Of a stretch of DNA of 64,000 nucleotides, positions 46,183-60,079 are shown in pieces (the stretch's first letter is position 1; each line of letters starts with the position of its first letter). The position numbers and the translations under genes were made by a program. The notes under the pieces were generated by a model that was not told the DNA's origin, made no database searches, and saw nothing but the letters and a program-made list of their open reading frames with translations. This DNA comes from Geosiphon pyriformis uo1 (Eukaryota; Fungi; Glomeromycota), in contig JAAOMT010000697.1 in assembly GCA_016748015.1 (NCBI GenBank), forward strand, positions 759,566 through 823,565. The letters are read 5' to 3'.

Positions 46183-49100
46183 ATGCCGACCCCACGAAAT
46201 CGTCAAAGAATAAACCGTTCTTCGTCTGCACCAATGCCTCCGGCTTCCTCTTCCTCGAGGCAAACTCCTACTCGGAATGAGGGTAACAGCCTCAATTCAC
46301 CTGGGGGTGATAACAGCATCAGCACTCCATCAAACGCTAGTAATAACGATCTACCCATGCAAATGACTCCCCCTGGACGTTCTATGAACCATTCAAGTTT
46401 TCGTAATTCTACTCAAATAGATCCACTTGCTACACCTTCTTATCTTCTAAGACCGGATGCTTCAGTCTCTCCTGGGACGTACGCTACTCCACCTCCCTCT
46501 CTGAGATATCTTGAAGATTTAAAAAACAATAGCTTTCATACAAATTCCACCAAGGACTCTACTAGGCTTCTTCCTTTTGGGTCCCCATTTTACAGCAGTA
46601 ACAGAGATAGTATTGGCAATTTATTTAGTAATTATCATGTGGAACCGAAAATGGAGGACAGAATGCGCTACTGGCGGAATTCTGCTCTTCAAAGTCATAT
46701 GTTTGATTCAGCGGCTTTTTGGGGAAATAAATTGACGAGCATGTCTGGTATTTTAAATTGTGATCAAATATTCGGATTATCCTTGGAAACATTTCAATAA
46801 AAAACATTAAATTTTAGGAACCGAGGACGATATATACTGGTTAGCACAAACATATTTCATGATGGGACAATTTGCCAGGGCACACAGATTACTTTGGAAT
46901 TTAATAGAATCAAGCGTTGCTTGTCGAATTCTTGCCGCAGAGTGTTGTGTTAGTAAAGAAGGACTCTATTTTGCTCAAAATTTGCAAAGAACCATAAATT
47001 TGCGTTTCATTCAGCTGATGAGCTCTCGTCCATATGCATGTATACAGATCAAATTAGAGAAATATCAAGAAGTTTTTGATATTTTATGCGAAGAACACCC
47101 CCAAGGTATATTTATTTCTACCATTTTTTATGGTACAACAATCTGATCGGAGGTACTGCACATGTATTCTTGATCCCACCAATCAAAAAAAAGACATTTC
47201 ACAACCTTCCGTTACCAAATAGATATTTGTATTGAACATGGTTCGTTTTTTTAGGACTTGAAGGTGCTGTGCATAATCCTGATGGTCATATAAAAGTGAG
47301 AAAGTTTGCTATCTTTTACGTGCTTTTTCAGAGTTAAAAATCTCATTAAACAACAATCAACTTCATTTTAATAAGATGGAGTCATACATGTGCTATCTTC
47401 GCGGAGTCGCATATGCCCAACAAGCCAATCTTGATTACGCGAAGAAAAATTACAAACAATCATTGGTTCTTGATGTGCGATGCTTTGAGGTACAAAAGCT
47501 CCAGATATTCCCAAATTAAATCAATTTCAAGAACTCGGCTGATTTCTTTTGAATTTCAGGCATTCAATGCGTTAATTGCGAATCATATGATGACGAATAA
47601 AGAAGGTTACTGAACATATACCACTGTATTCTTTTTGTGGGTTTACTTTTCTCGATTGAATTGATCCAAAGAGACAACTTACCCCTTTTTATTGAAAGCC
47701 TGTGAATTCAAATATTGCTAAAAAAATATTCATTCACAGAATGGGATTTCATAAATTCACTTGACTTCGACTCTCAATGCGGAAAAGAAGACGGAAAATT
47801 CATAAAATTGAATTATCTATCAATGCTGAAAAAGGTGAATCTCCAAAGGTTACATATATATCCATCGCTTGATCTAAATGAGATTTTGATGCTTGCCTAT
47901 TTATTATCTTTTAAGCACGAACATATAAAAGAAATTGAGGAAGCTCGAGAACAACTCCAAACTACCTATTCATTAGCCAACAATGCAGACGTAATGCTGA
48001 GTCGGGCAGAGCAACTATATGCCCAGTGTCAGTTTAAGGATTGCCTTGAGATGACAACAAAGTATGCAGCAGAACCAAGAAATCGATTTTTTAAATTCAA
48101 CATATTTTAAAATCCGATCAATCTTTCTTTAATACCAGAATTCTGGATATGGATACCCACAACCAAGCTTGCCTACCTATTCACATTGTCTGCCTCCATG
48201 AATTACGCGAGAAAAACAAACTTTTCCTGCTATCGCATGAGCTCGTGGAACATTACCCCGATGCAGCTGTCACTTGGTTTGGGGTCGGTTGTTATTACTA
48301 TCTCATTAGTCAAAACGACGAAGCGCGGCGGTATTTTAGGTATGTTCATTTAATGTATAGCGAATGATATCCTTTTATTTTTGAAAAACTTGGAAAATTT
48401 AGAATGTTCATTAAATAAAAAATCCTTTGATATAGCAAGGCAACTAATATGGATTCGCGTTGTGGAGCTGCATGGGTAGGGTTTGGACATTCTTTTGCCG
48501 TAGAATCCGAGCACGACCAGGCTATCACTGCTTATTCTACTGCTGCGAGATTGTTCCAAGGGTAATGATATCAATTATTTATGTTTACTCTTTACTTTGA
48601 AATTTACAAGTATATTCATACAAAATTTTTGGAATTAAAGATCACATCTGCCTTCATTATTTATCGGAATGCAACATCTTTTGGCCAACAATTTTGTTGC
48701 TGCGGAAGAATATTTGTTCACTTCAGTACAAATATGTGGAGGTGATCCACTTGCTCTGAATGAACTAGGAGTTTTATGTTATCATAAAAATCAGTAAGCA
48801 TGTGATTTTCTTCCCCTCGAGACATGATATGTTTCACGGTCTAAGCTTAATATTATTGAAATTTTTAGGTTAAATGAAGCAATTTCATATTTTGAACAAG
48901 CCCTTGAATTGGTTGAGGCCACAAAATCTCGTGCTCATGTATGGGAGACAACTTGGATGAATCTTGGTCACGCATATCGCAAAATGGCGTAAGCTAGATA
49001 CCAGTCTGTCTTCATTTCCGCTATACCAGCCAAAGATAAGCCTATTTTCCCCATCTAATCTCTTCTCTTCTTCAAGCAAACTTGATATGGCAGAATCATA

Positions 49101-49470
49101 TTTTCAAAAAGTATCTGCCATGTCACCTCCAAACGCCAGTGCTCTTTCGGCTATTGGATACATTTACCACATAAAGGAAAATTATCCTCAAGCGGCGATC
49201 TATTATCACGAGGTAAGTTAAGTTCATGCGTCCAAAAACTTGGCTTTTCAATCATATTACTTTTTCCAAATACAGGCCTTGGGAATTAGACCCTCTGACC
49301 CAATAACGCAAGATTTGCTCGGGAAATGTCTTGAAAGTATGGTTAAAACTAGGTCCTCTTCATTAGGTGAGTTCCTAGTGATTAGTTGAGTCCTCATCTT
49401 CTACTATATACTGTATTTATATTATTTCTAATAAGATCAACAAGAGAATATCGGTGTCTTAAGGTTCTGA
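46183..49470 (+). CDS. CDC16: Anaphase-promoting complex subunit Cdc16/Cut9/APC6 (TPR protein), 15 exons
   Basis: Exons 46183-46747, 46818-46948, 47048-47105, 47255-47295, 47376-47489, 47560-47605, 47740-47834, 47916-48061, 48139-48339, 48436-48561, 48641-48793, 48869-48988, 49077-49212, 49276-49366, 49436-49470. Motifs: SAAFWGNK, DIYWLAQ, LDVRCFEAF, KLFLLSHELV..YP..AVTWFGVGCYY, EARRYFSKA, AWVGFGHSFA.ESEHDQAITAYSTAARLFQGSHLP, NELGV, NLGHAYRK. The start codon and last exon are less certain. Confidence 0.93.
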
Positions 49471-50569
49471 TAACAGATAATGCTGGCTAGTCTGGTTTTA
49501 GATTATATCAAATCCTTGTATAACTGTTTCGAATATTACCGAGAATTAGTATCAGCATAGGTAAGTTTGTATCTCAAATTAGTCTTTGCTGAAGGCTCAC
49601 TCGACAATAGCTTAAAGACTTGAACTGGCCTAGGCGGGCCAAATTTTGGTCCAATCCATTTTCTTGTTCAGTTAGCTTAGTAATTATAAAAAATAACAGC
49701 TTTCCTATATTGTTTCATTTAAATATTTATTGTTTTGAATAGTTAAATATTCGAATTAAAAGATGAGATGTTGCAATAGTCATAAATTTGATTGAATGAC
49801 TCAATATATTTTCACAATTATATTAGGTTGCAACGTCCAATTGCTTCCAAAATACCATGATTAACTATTACTTTACCAAAAAAATTCAAAAATTTTTTAA
49901 ATATTTATATATTGTATGTTAAAATTAATGTTTATCTAATTTTTGGTTTTATAATTTATTTTATAACGGTAATTATTTATTGCTTAAATTTTAGAAACTT
50001 CTTTTGTAATGTGCTAACATACAACATACAATAAATGTGGCTCATGGGCTTTCTGCACGTGACCAACCCGAAAACTTCTTTTTATAATTATAATTATAAA
50101 AATATTTTATATACTATAAAAATGTTTTAATTAAAAATATACGATAATATTTTAATTTATATAAATAAATAAATAATTTTTTATTATTTTATAATTTTGA
50201 TAATTTAATTAAAATCATTATTTTTTATTATGTTTTATCTGTTAAATAAACAAATTTGCTTGCAAATTCAAATTTTTAATAATAGCTAAAAAACAAAATA
50301 CTTTTTTTAAAAAAGGTATTGATTACAAAAATTTAAATTATATATAATTTAATTATAATTAATTATAATTATTATTATTGCTTTAATTAAGTAATCTAAC
50401 TATTATTTAAATTTATATAACAGAAAATATTACATATTAAGCACAATTTACATACTTTTTACATATAATTAATTATTTAAACTTATATTAAAACTATATT
50501 AACTAGCCAAATTAACAAACTTTTACATATATTTTATAAATTATATAAATTATATTTGTATTATTTTTA

Positions 50570-50775
50570 AATTAAAAGTAATTAACAAATAAAAACAGTT
50601 TTAAATATATTATAAATTTTAAAATTAATAACAATATATTATTACAACCAATAAGTTTTAATTTAATACCAAAAACATTTTTAATGTTATTAAAAATATA
50701 TATTTAAAATATATTATAAAAAATTAAATTTTTTTTTAAAATTGTAAACTTAATTTTAATAATAGTATTTAAGAA
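50570..50775 (-). mobile_element. Relic LINE ORF1 fragment (old family, inverted)
   Basis: Reverse complement matches 32110-32230 (ttttaataacattaaaaatgtttttggtattaaattaaaacttattggttgtaataatat). Confidence 0.5.
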
Positions 50776-50789
50776 TTAAAATATAAAAA

Positions 50790-53222
50790 ACTTATTATTA
50801 TTATTTTATTTTATTTTTTTTATTAATAAGTATAGCTTAATTACTATCTAATATACAGAAACAAACCAAGTAATTATAATTACATGTAATTTATATACTT
50901 ACTATATGTAACTAATTATTTAGATTAATTAAGACAATATTATATACTTATATAAATATTAGTATTAATATTTAGACCAGAAAAAAACAAACAAGCCTTG
51001 TATAAACCAAAACCAATAGTTAATAATTTAATAACACTAAGCAAATAAATTACTTTATCTAATAGAACACCAAACAACTTACATGAAACATATAATAAAA
51101 TTTTTGTATTACCAACCAGACTATTTTTTTTATATTTGCTCTAAATTTAGATTAAAACAGTTATAACACATTATAATATTTCTTAGCCAAACAACAAATA
51201 AAATCAATTATAACCAAAACTGTCTTTTTCTTATTACTAAAAACCAGAATTATTTTGTCAATCCAATTCTTAAAAACAAAATTTTTATATAAGATTACAT
51301 AAATATTAATGTTTAATATATACAATAAAAAAAGTATGTTTTTATCAAAAACTTCCACAATTTAGCAAATTTTAGCAGAACTTCAGATTGTACAAAAACA
51401 TTTTTTAAATAAGTAAAAACATAATCTAACAATTTGATATTATTATACATCAAACATAAAACATTTAGATAATTTTTGTTATAAAGCTAACTATAATTAG
51501 CAATTTTTTATGAACTGTTTTTATTAAATATGTATAAAATACAGCTAAAGTCTTACTTATAAATTTCGAAAGCATATAAAAATTTGAATGCCAAATCATA
51601 ACAGTACAAATTTAGTCTATTTTACAAACAAATAATTTATTAACAACTCTTAAACTTAAACTCATTTTTTACCAAGCATAACAAAAAGTTTGATAGATAT
51701 TATAAATTAAATAACAAGTATTGTTTAAAACAACCAAACTATTAACTATAATAAATTTTTTACAAATACTAACAGAAAAAATTATACAAAATTATATTGT
51801 ATTGCTAATAAAAGCATTGGCTTAATTATTACCAATATCTTTTAAGTGGCTCTTAATCTTTACTTATTATACAAAAATGTTTTTAAACTTAATTAAATTA
51901 GCCACATAATATTTTTTTATCCAATATTTGTTTCGAAAATCTGATAAATATTGTTTGAGCTCCAAAATACATGTATTTATAATAATTTGACTGTCTATAT
52001 ATAAGACTATTAAACAAAACAAAAAAATATATTTTAAAGCTAAAACAATAGTCTGTAATTTATTTATTGTCAAAAACAACAAATCATATACTTTAACATA
52101 TATCTTTATGTTAATATCAGAAAAATAAGCTGCAATTTTACCAGTTATTTTTGTAGTATTCAACTTTTTTAGTAAACTATTAACATATATATTAATAGCT
52201 TTAGCTTATATTTTATATAAATGCTTTTAAACATCTGAAAATTTTTCTAAGCATAAAAAGTTCAAATAATCAGACTTAAAAACAGTTTTGTTATACTTAA
52301 CAGAAGAACTGTTCATATAAACTGCAGTTTTTTTAAATTATAATAGTACTAAGTCTCTAAGACTTAATTTTTTTTAATAATAAAAAGTCTTTTAATTCAT
52401 AATTAATCCATATTTATCCAACAATTTGTTTTTAAAGACAATATTTAAATATCTCAAAAAATAAATTATGTCAAAATAATAAAAATTATTCAAGATTTTA
52501 GACAAAGAAAAACAATTAAAAGACCTAAATATATTAAGTAAATTGTTTGTTATAAAAAACTTGGTCAAAAAATTTTTTATAAAATTTATTAAAAAATTGT
52601 TAACTGGACTGATCTTTAATTTAACTGAATACTACAGTAATTTTATAAATGCTCATCTTAAAATTTGTAAATCTAAAAAGTAATATATAAACAATTAACT
52701 AAGGATACTTGTAGTATTAGTAAACACAACTACTAAAGCCACTTTGTTCTTTATTTGTACTTGTTTAAAAAACTTTAATTTATATAGCAATAGATAATAC
52801 AAAGTCTTATTAAGAAAAATTTTCAGTAAATTGGCTTTAGATTTAAGTTTTTTCTTATTATCACATTTTATTTTTGATATATACTTTTGAACACAAAACT
52901 AAATTATATGTAATAACCAATTATAAACTGTAAAATTGCTAAGACCAAATAAGAAAACTGTTTGTTTGGCAATGTTTTTTAAGAATTATATTTGAAAAAA
53001 ACCTAATATTTACATATGCTTTAACAAGATTTAACTTAGATATATTATTTGTTAACAAAAAAATACCCAAATACTTATAAAATTTGTCATATTTAGCAAT
53101 AAAAATCAGCTAATTACTAATGTACAAAGCAATATTCACAATTTTTTGGTTAATAAAAATTATTACTGTTTTGTTATTATTAATAAAAATATTATTAATA
53201 CTAAAAAACTCTGTAACAATAT
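50790..53222 (-). mobile_element. LINE copy 5, heavily decayed 3' half (RT end, RNase H, CCHC, 3' UTR)
   Basis: EFFSINNI..KTV, YKYLGIFL, KLQTIVLAL, LYIDSQ, WHSN...YLIK, GLYKACLFFSGL; decayed 3' UTR at 50825-50942. Confidence 0.8.
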
Positions 53223-56200
53223 TATTATTATTTTTTATTATTATGAATTTTACAAGTGAAGTCCAACCACTATTTAGTACATAAAATTAAACTAAGTAGA
53301 TTAAACTAAATGCAGCTTACATACTGACTACATGTGGCCAGCCACTCAGACCAGACAAAACTACACTACATATCTATACTAATAAAAGCATCACCACCCA
53401 AATCTGAAAAAAATTGACACAATTTGCGTTTACTAAACCCAACAGCAAAAGATTTCATAATGCCAAGCATATAGACAATCCCAATTGACAACATAGACAT
53501 TATACTGTGAAACAAGCCAAAAACCACATTAGTATTCCCAACTAAGCCAGTCTTCTTCATATTAATTCTATGCTTGGCTCTGGCAGCCCATATTCTAGCA
53601 TAATACAACCCTGTTACAAATCTAACAAACTCCATAAGAGCCAGAGTAGTACTACCTTTCCTCTCAAAATTCAAAGCAGCTTTAGTATACCAATCTCTCA
53701 TTACAAAACCTTTGCAAACAGCAGTATACAGACTTCCATCCAAAGAACATGCCGCAAGCAAGCACAAAATAGTGGAATTAAACAAACATGAAAGACTAAA
53801 CAATGACACCCATTTTGCAGCAGTCTCAACCAAAATGTTTTTATGGAGACCATAGTTGCCATAACAAGTAAAATCATGATCTGAAAGCTCTACCTCACCA
53901 CATAGCAAGCATAACATCCCAGGATAACTTCTGTCACACAATTTTTTTTTAATTACAACCAGTAGTTTTCTATAAACTGCTTTTATCAAATAAGTATGCA
54001 AATTGGCCAAATTTTTGCTAGTAAACTCTGAAAACATGTGTGAATTAGGGTGCCAAACCATCATGGTATGCCCCCAATCTATCTTTTCAATCATAGTACT
54101 TGGAACTATGTCAAAACCAGGACCAGTCTCCCAATAGGCACAGTAAATTAATTAGTGTAGATCATAAACAAAATGATGAGTATTGTCAGACACAACATTT
54201 TTTTTAGCAACCAAAAACTTCTTCTGAATTTTAACTGGCAAAGAAAAGAAAGAAGAAGTAGCAACACTTATCAGTGCATCAGCCTTAATATTACCAGACA
54301 CACTTGAATAACTCTTAACTTTCACTCACTTAATTGAAATATTTTTAAACTTAAGGAAATTAACTATCTGCAATCTTTCAATCCAACATTGGTTATGGAA
54401 GTCAGACATAAATAAAGAGGCTTCAGATATACAGGCATTAATTGCCAATTGGCTATTTGAATACAAAACCACAGAGCAAGAAGATAAAACACACTCCAAG
54501 GCCAAAGCTATAGCCTACAGTTTAGTTAAAGTAGAGGACAAAAGCCCAGCCACCCTAACCCCAATACCCATGTCTGCAGCCAAAAAGTATACAGCTGCTC
54601 TATCTGTTACTTTAACAGAACCAACACCTTTTAGAAACCCATCCATGTAGACTTCAATGCAATCAGACCATACCTCCAACAAACTATCATGAACAAAAAA
54701 AAACTTTTCAGAGATCAGAACATTCATCACATTTTTCCCAAGGACAGCAACAGTCTCGACTTTTGAAAAAGCAGAATTGCTCATAAAATCAGATGCCAAT
54801 ATGAACTAATAAGGTACAAGGCCTCTTGGATCCAAACACTTCTACTGCCAAAATGTTTTTCAGTCCATTATTTTTCTTTTTTTGTCAAAAAGTCTGTTAC
54901 CAAATACAATACTGAACTGTTTCAATAAAAAAACTGATTTATAGTACAAAAACTGGTTCAAAATACCAGACATTGGGAAAATACCAGGCTCATGAAAGGC
55001 ACAAAGCAGATTGTTTGCTAATGATAACTCATTTGCCAAAAAAATTCTCACTACTCTCACCAAAAAATTATTTACAGGGTTAACACATAACCTAATAGAA
55101 AATTGCAGAGAGCTCAGAGGAGACCAACCCAATACTTGTAAATCCAGAAATCTATGATCAAACAAACATCTGAAAATGTCACGGCTATTGAAAAACAAAA
55201 TTAAAGACACCAGCTTTCCCTTAGACTGCATCTGCTCAAAGGGCTTTAAACCATACAAAGATAGGTGATACAAAACCTCACTAGAGAAGTCACATGATAA
55301 ACCAGCTTTGGTCTTAAGACCCTTCCTAATTATCATGTCTCACTTACAACACATGCCCAAAGAAATGAAACTAAACTGTGTGCAATAGCTAATAATTGGC
55401 TGCAAAACTACTAAAACCAAGTAACAATATTGTTTATCTGTGATAGCTTTCCTCAACACTATATTAAAAAAAAACCTGACATTTTTATGAGCTTGAGCCA
55501 AACTGAATATAGAGAGATCTTCAGTCAATAAAAAAATACCCAGATATCAGTATGATTCACTCTTTTTAGCAATCAAAATTGACAAGCCATTAATCAGCAG
55601 TGAAGCATTCTTAACACCTTGATTAATGAGAATAGCTACTATCTTGTCATTATTTATTAAAATGTTATTGACCACAAAAAACTCACTAGCAATGTTCAAA
55701 ATATACTGTGTAGAAGCCTAACAGCTCCCAACCCAAATTGTATTATCTACAAAGACACCAACACCCAAAAAAAAAGTTTTTCCTTCAGTTAATTCAATTT
55801 TGCCAGATTTTGCCACAAACTTAGTATCTATTCTGTATCCATACAAGTGCTCATATCTTTTTACCTCACACAAAAGTGGATCATAAAAAATCTTCCAAAG
55901 TAGTGAAGAAAAAACTTCACTTTGGTCCAACTCATCATGCATCTTATAATCTACTGTGAGCCCAAAGTTAATCATTACTCTGTTAACCCTATTTTTATGA
56001 ATGCTGCCAAAAAACTGGATGAACCACTTACACATTTTGATGTAATACAAGCTTGTCTGCAAATAATGCCAGCCTACCAAATCATAAGCTTTGCACATAT
56101 CCTACAACATCAACTAAAGTTCTCTATTCTTTTCTATGGCATTCTCAACAACAAAACCAATTGCAAAGATAAGAGACTAGATAGAAATACCCTTCAATAC

Positions 56201-59200
56201 CAAAAAATTATCACCACAAAGAACATCAAATTTGCTACAAGCCAAAGATATTTGGTTGGAAAGAATCTTAGATAAAATTTTACATGCAGTATTAATTAAT
56301 GCAATAGGCCTAGTATTTGTCAAAACACCATTTCATTCATAAGACTTTGAGATCATCAAAACTCATGCTCTTTTTCAGGCAGCTGGAACTGTGTCCAAAC
56401 TTAAACACAAATTCAGCAGCTCCAAAAAACAGACTAACATCTTCCCACCACAATGTTTCCAAAGTTCATTAAGTATTCCAGACAAACCAGTTGTTTTACT
56501 ATTAGGCAAGCCATCAATAACCAAAAACAATTCTGCTATAGCAATCACTTTCATTATATTGGAGAAGACATCATCATCTACATAATCCAGAGACATGTAT
56601 TGATGAGACTACAGATCAGGCATCTTGGGGAGCACTGACCACATCTTTGTCTATCTTTCTATAATCTTGTCAATTTTAAGTTTTACTTTCTTAGGTTCTA
56701 CTATCATCACATTGTCTACCATTAAATAATCCAAAACCACCTTGTAAAATGAGCATTCCAAAATGCTCTTAATCATCTAATCTTTGTCAAAACAGAAGTT
56801 CTCCATATGCTGGTTAATACCCTTCCTAATATTAGCATCTTCAGCCAATTTAGACTCAAAATACTTAGACTTCCAATATTTCTTCTTTACTATTGACAAA
56901 TGTCTAACTAAATCACTCAAACCAACACTATTTGAAATTATGCCAACAATCTTAGATGCTTCAATACCATTAATAGATGTTCAAACCTTAATAAGATGAT
57001 TAAAATTTAGAATTCCAACATTCCACAATCTTAGTAATAAGCAGCTTTAGCTTATGAAATTTTGATGATTGTTTGTTTCTTGAACAATCATATACACTAT
57101 ACCAGCTCTTAAAAAACATCTCAGTTGCAGTTTGCACTACAGCACCCTCCAATAGACTTCACATTATATCCAAGTCACTAGTGTTTTTTGTGACCTCAAA
57201 TTTGTTCAAACTGGCCAACAATACAGCAGAAAAACACTTTTTGAAATGCAACCACTGAACCTTATCAGCATTCTCCAATTTGAACTTCTATTGATCTCAG
57301 TTGGCTTGCTTATGAGCACTGATAAGACAAGTATCTAGAAGTCCACCCAAACCAATTGAGACTAAAACTAACTTATGATCTGTATCAAAAAACCTAGACA
57401 CATTGTTGACAATATGCAATGCAACTGCAGACACTAAGTTTCCACTCACAAAGATAAAATCTATAACTCTTTTGGCACCCCTAGAATTGTCCCAAGTAGG
57501 AGCATTGGCCAATGCATGTCTATTGAAAGTATTGACTAGACTCAAATCTAAACAGAATCTGAAACTAGCATTTTTTTTAGATTTATTTTCATTAAAATTA
57601 CTGCCCAAAACCACAAAAGAGCTAGAATTTACTGCCCTAGAAACCATAGAATTAATATTAGCAGCTTGGCCAAAATGCATACTGGCAGATACATCAGCAT
57701 AAAGATCCAAGATTGTAACCAAAAGCTTGTTTCTAAACAAAAAGCACACAGAAATTAAATGACCAGAAATTTTTTTCACTTTTGACACATGTCGAGCCAA
57801 AGAATTGTCCATGATTACAGCAACTTCAACACCACAAAAACCAACATCCAAACCAGTTATGAAAACTTGGACATCAGCAAACTTATTTATAATCCAAGGC
57901 CTAATGTTAGACCTCAATTTTGTCTTAGTAACAATAGAAATCACATTACCCAAATCCTTATACCATCAAACAATGTCATCCTGTTTAGCCAAATTTGTCA
58001 TGTCCCTAATATTACATGTGACCATTCTCCAAACAAGCTCAATCATTGATGCAAACAATGTACCAAGAAGCCTGTATTTACACACAACAGATCTAATTTT
58101 CCCAAAATTGAGCTGATAGAAACTTCAAGAGCTATCATCTTAAATTCTAAACCACCAACTTTAGAAGTAAGAACTTTTGAACTACTCAAACCCAAATCTA
58201 CAGTTTTGCCTTCAACATCAGAAGATGAAGGAGGAAGAGAAGACAGTGAAATATCTAGAATCATATAAGCATCTGACATCAACACCACAGAAGCAGGAAC
58301 AATTGGAGATTCAACTTTGAAGGCAGGCACCAGGGGCACCAGTTTCACACCATTCAACCTGCACAATATACTTGATACTTAATTAGCTAGCAATTTCAAG
58401 GAGCATTCCAGTAAAGCCAGATGGCTATTAATTGAGGAACTATCATAATCAACCAGTGTGCATCTTTTATTATGCAAAACTCCACCAGAAGGAAAACCAG
58501 ACTCAGAACCAAAATTGAAATGAGAACCACCTAAAGAAAAAGAAGCAAAAAAAACCATTTGTGCTTAAGACTTGCCACCAAAGGCAACAGAACAGGAGAT
58601 AGAAACATGCTTTTTCATGTACAGTTTTGCCAGTTGAAAACAATGCACTTCAGAAGCAACCCTTTTAACAGACTTTAGAGGCTTAGTGTTAGATGTAGTT
58701 GTTGCATTACACTTCATAGTAGAATGATCAAAACACCCATAATTCTTACAGCAAACCAAATCCAATCTAGTCCAAGAGAGTTTAATACCACCAAATATCA
58801 GCTCAGTGTAATATGCAGACTCCAAATCCTCTTCAAATTCAAAACCAACCACAGCACAGTGAACTTGGTTACCAGAATTCAATAAACAATTAATGATGTA
58901 AGTTTTTTCACCAGCTCTATCCAAGAGGATGCCCAAATCATGAGCAGTTGTTCTCACTGGCAAAGTGAACAGCAAAGCTCTGAACTGATCTCTTGATGCC
59001 CAGATATTGTGATCTCCCATAGCTATAGCCACACATACTAAATCTTTGCCAATCAGAAAAGACCATTTAGCAGCCAGTTGTTCAGTCTAACTTAGCTTAG
59101 CAAATTTCACTACAGCTTTTTGCCACATTCCTATTAGTTGAATTTTGATTGACTTAATATTACCAAACTTGGCTAATGCAGTGATGATCATTTCTTTTGG

Positions 59201-60042
59201 TGTGTTCATGAGAATTTTTTTGATGATCACTGTCTGATCTAAACGAATTTCTTGTTTTTTGAGATTGCTGTTTATGTCAATCCTCTTTTTCCTGGCCAAT
59301 GAAGCGACCATTTCTATGTTTTTTTTGGAAGTAAAAGTAGATTGGATAATTCCTTCAAATTTTAAGAGAGTAGTGGCCCTCCCAAAACCATTGACAGATG
59401 AAAAATTTTTTCTAATCAACTGAGTTTTTGCCATTGCAGATTTTTTTTCTACAGCTGAAAGATTAATATCTAAAGCAAACAACTTCTTAACTGACACTTC
59501 TACAGGAGTTTTGATAACTTTTGGGTTAACTCACTTTTTGTTAAGAGAAATAAGCAAGCAAAAGGAGAGAACAACTTTATCATCATCCATACAAAAATTG
59601 GAAAAACTGAGTGGAAAACCAAAAACAGCACCAGTATTAATCTGTTTAGCCTTGGGTGTAGTGGCAGCCAAGCCCAAAAGAAATCCATCATTCACATTAG
59701 ACATGCTAACATTCTTATAATCACCAGATAAACTTTTCACATCAGAATATACATTATCACCAGACCCAGATTTACTTAAGGAGATATTTCTTTTATCACC
59801 AGAGTGTTTAATATTACCATGAATGACTTTCTTTTTCTGAGAAAAAAAACCACCAGCAGGATCATAAAAAGCACTCTTGGATGCTTTCTTCTTAGACATA
59901 ATGTCACTTATAGTAGTCTTCAAATTCTCGAAAAATGGGTTATTATTAAGTAAAGAAATATTGATGTAGACTAAAAAAACAAAAAACTTTTTTTTCAGAA
60001 AATGCACTTTTTGAGGATTTTTGGAGGTAAGAGAGAAAAAAG

Positions 60043-60046
<4 letters not shown>
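53221..60046 (-). mobile_element. LINE copy 6, full length; ORF1 59899-58043, ORF2 58046-53366 (both disrupted)
   Basis: 5' hairpin 59983-60046; GMWQKAVVKF, CKNYGCFDHSTMKC; TCNIR, VLGSNFNE, VIDFIFV, DTDHK, KAYDLV, VFVDNTIW, VYMDG, CLLCGEVELSDHDFTC; TTA tracts at both ends. Confidence 0.92.

Positions 60047-60078
<32 letters not shown>
60047..60078. repeat. (TTA)n/(TAA)n microsatellite: tail of LINE copy 7, abutting the 5' end of copy 6
   Basis: About 10 perfect TTA units. Confidence 0.95.
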
Positions 60079-60079
<1 letters not shown>

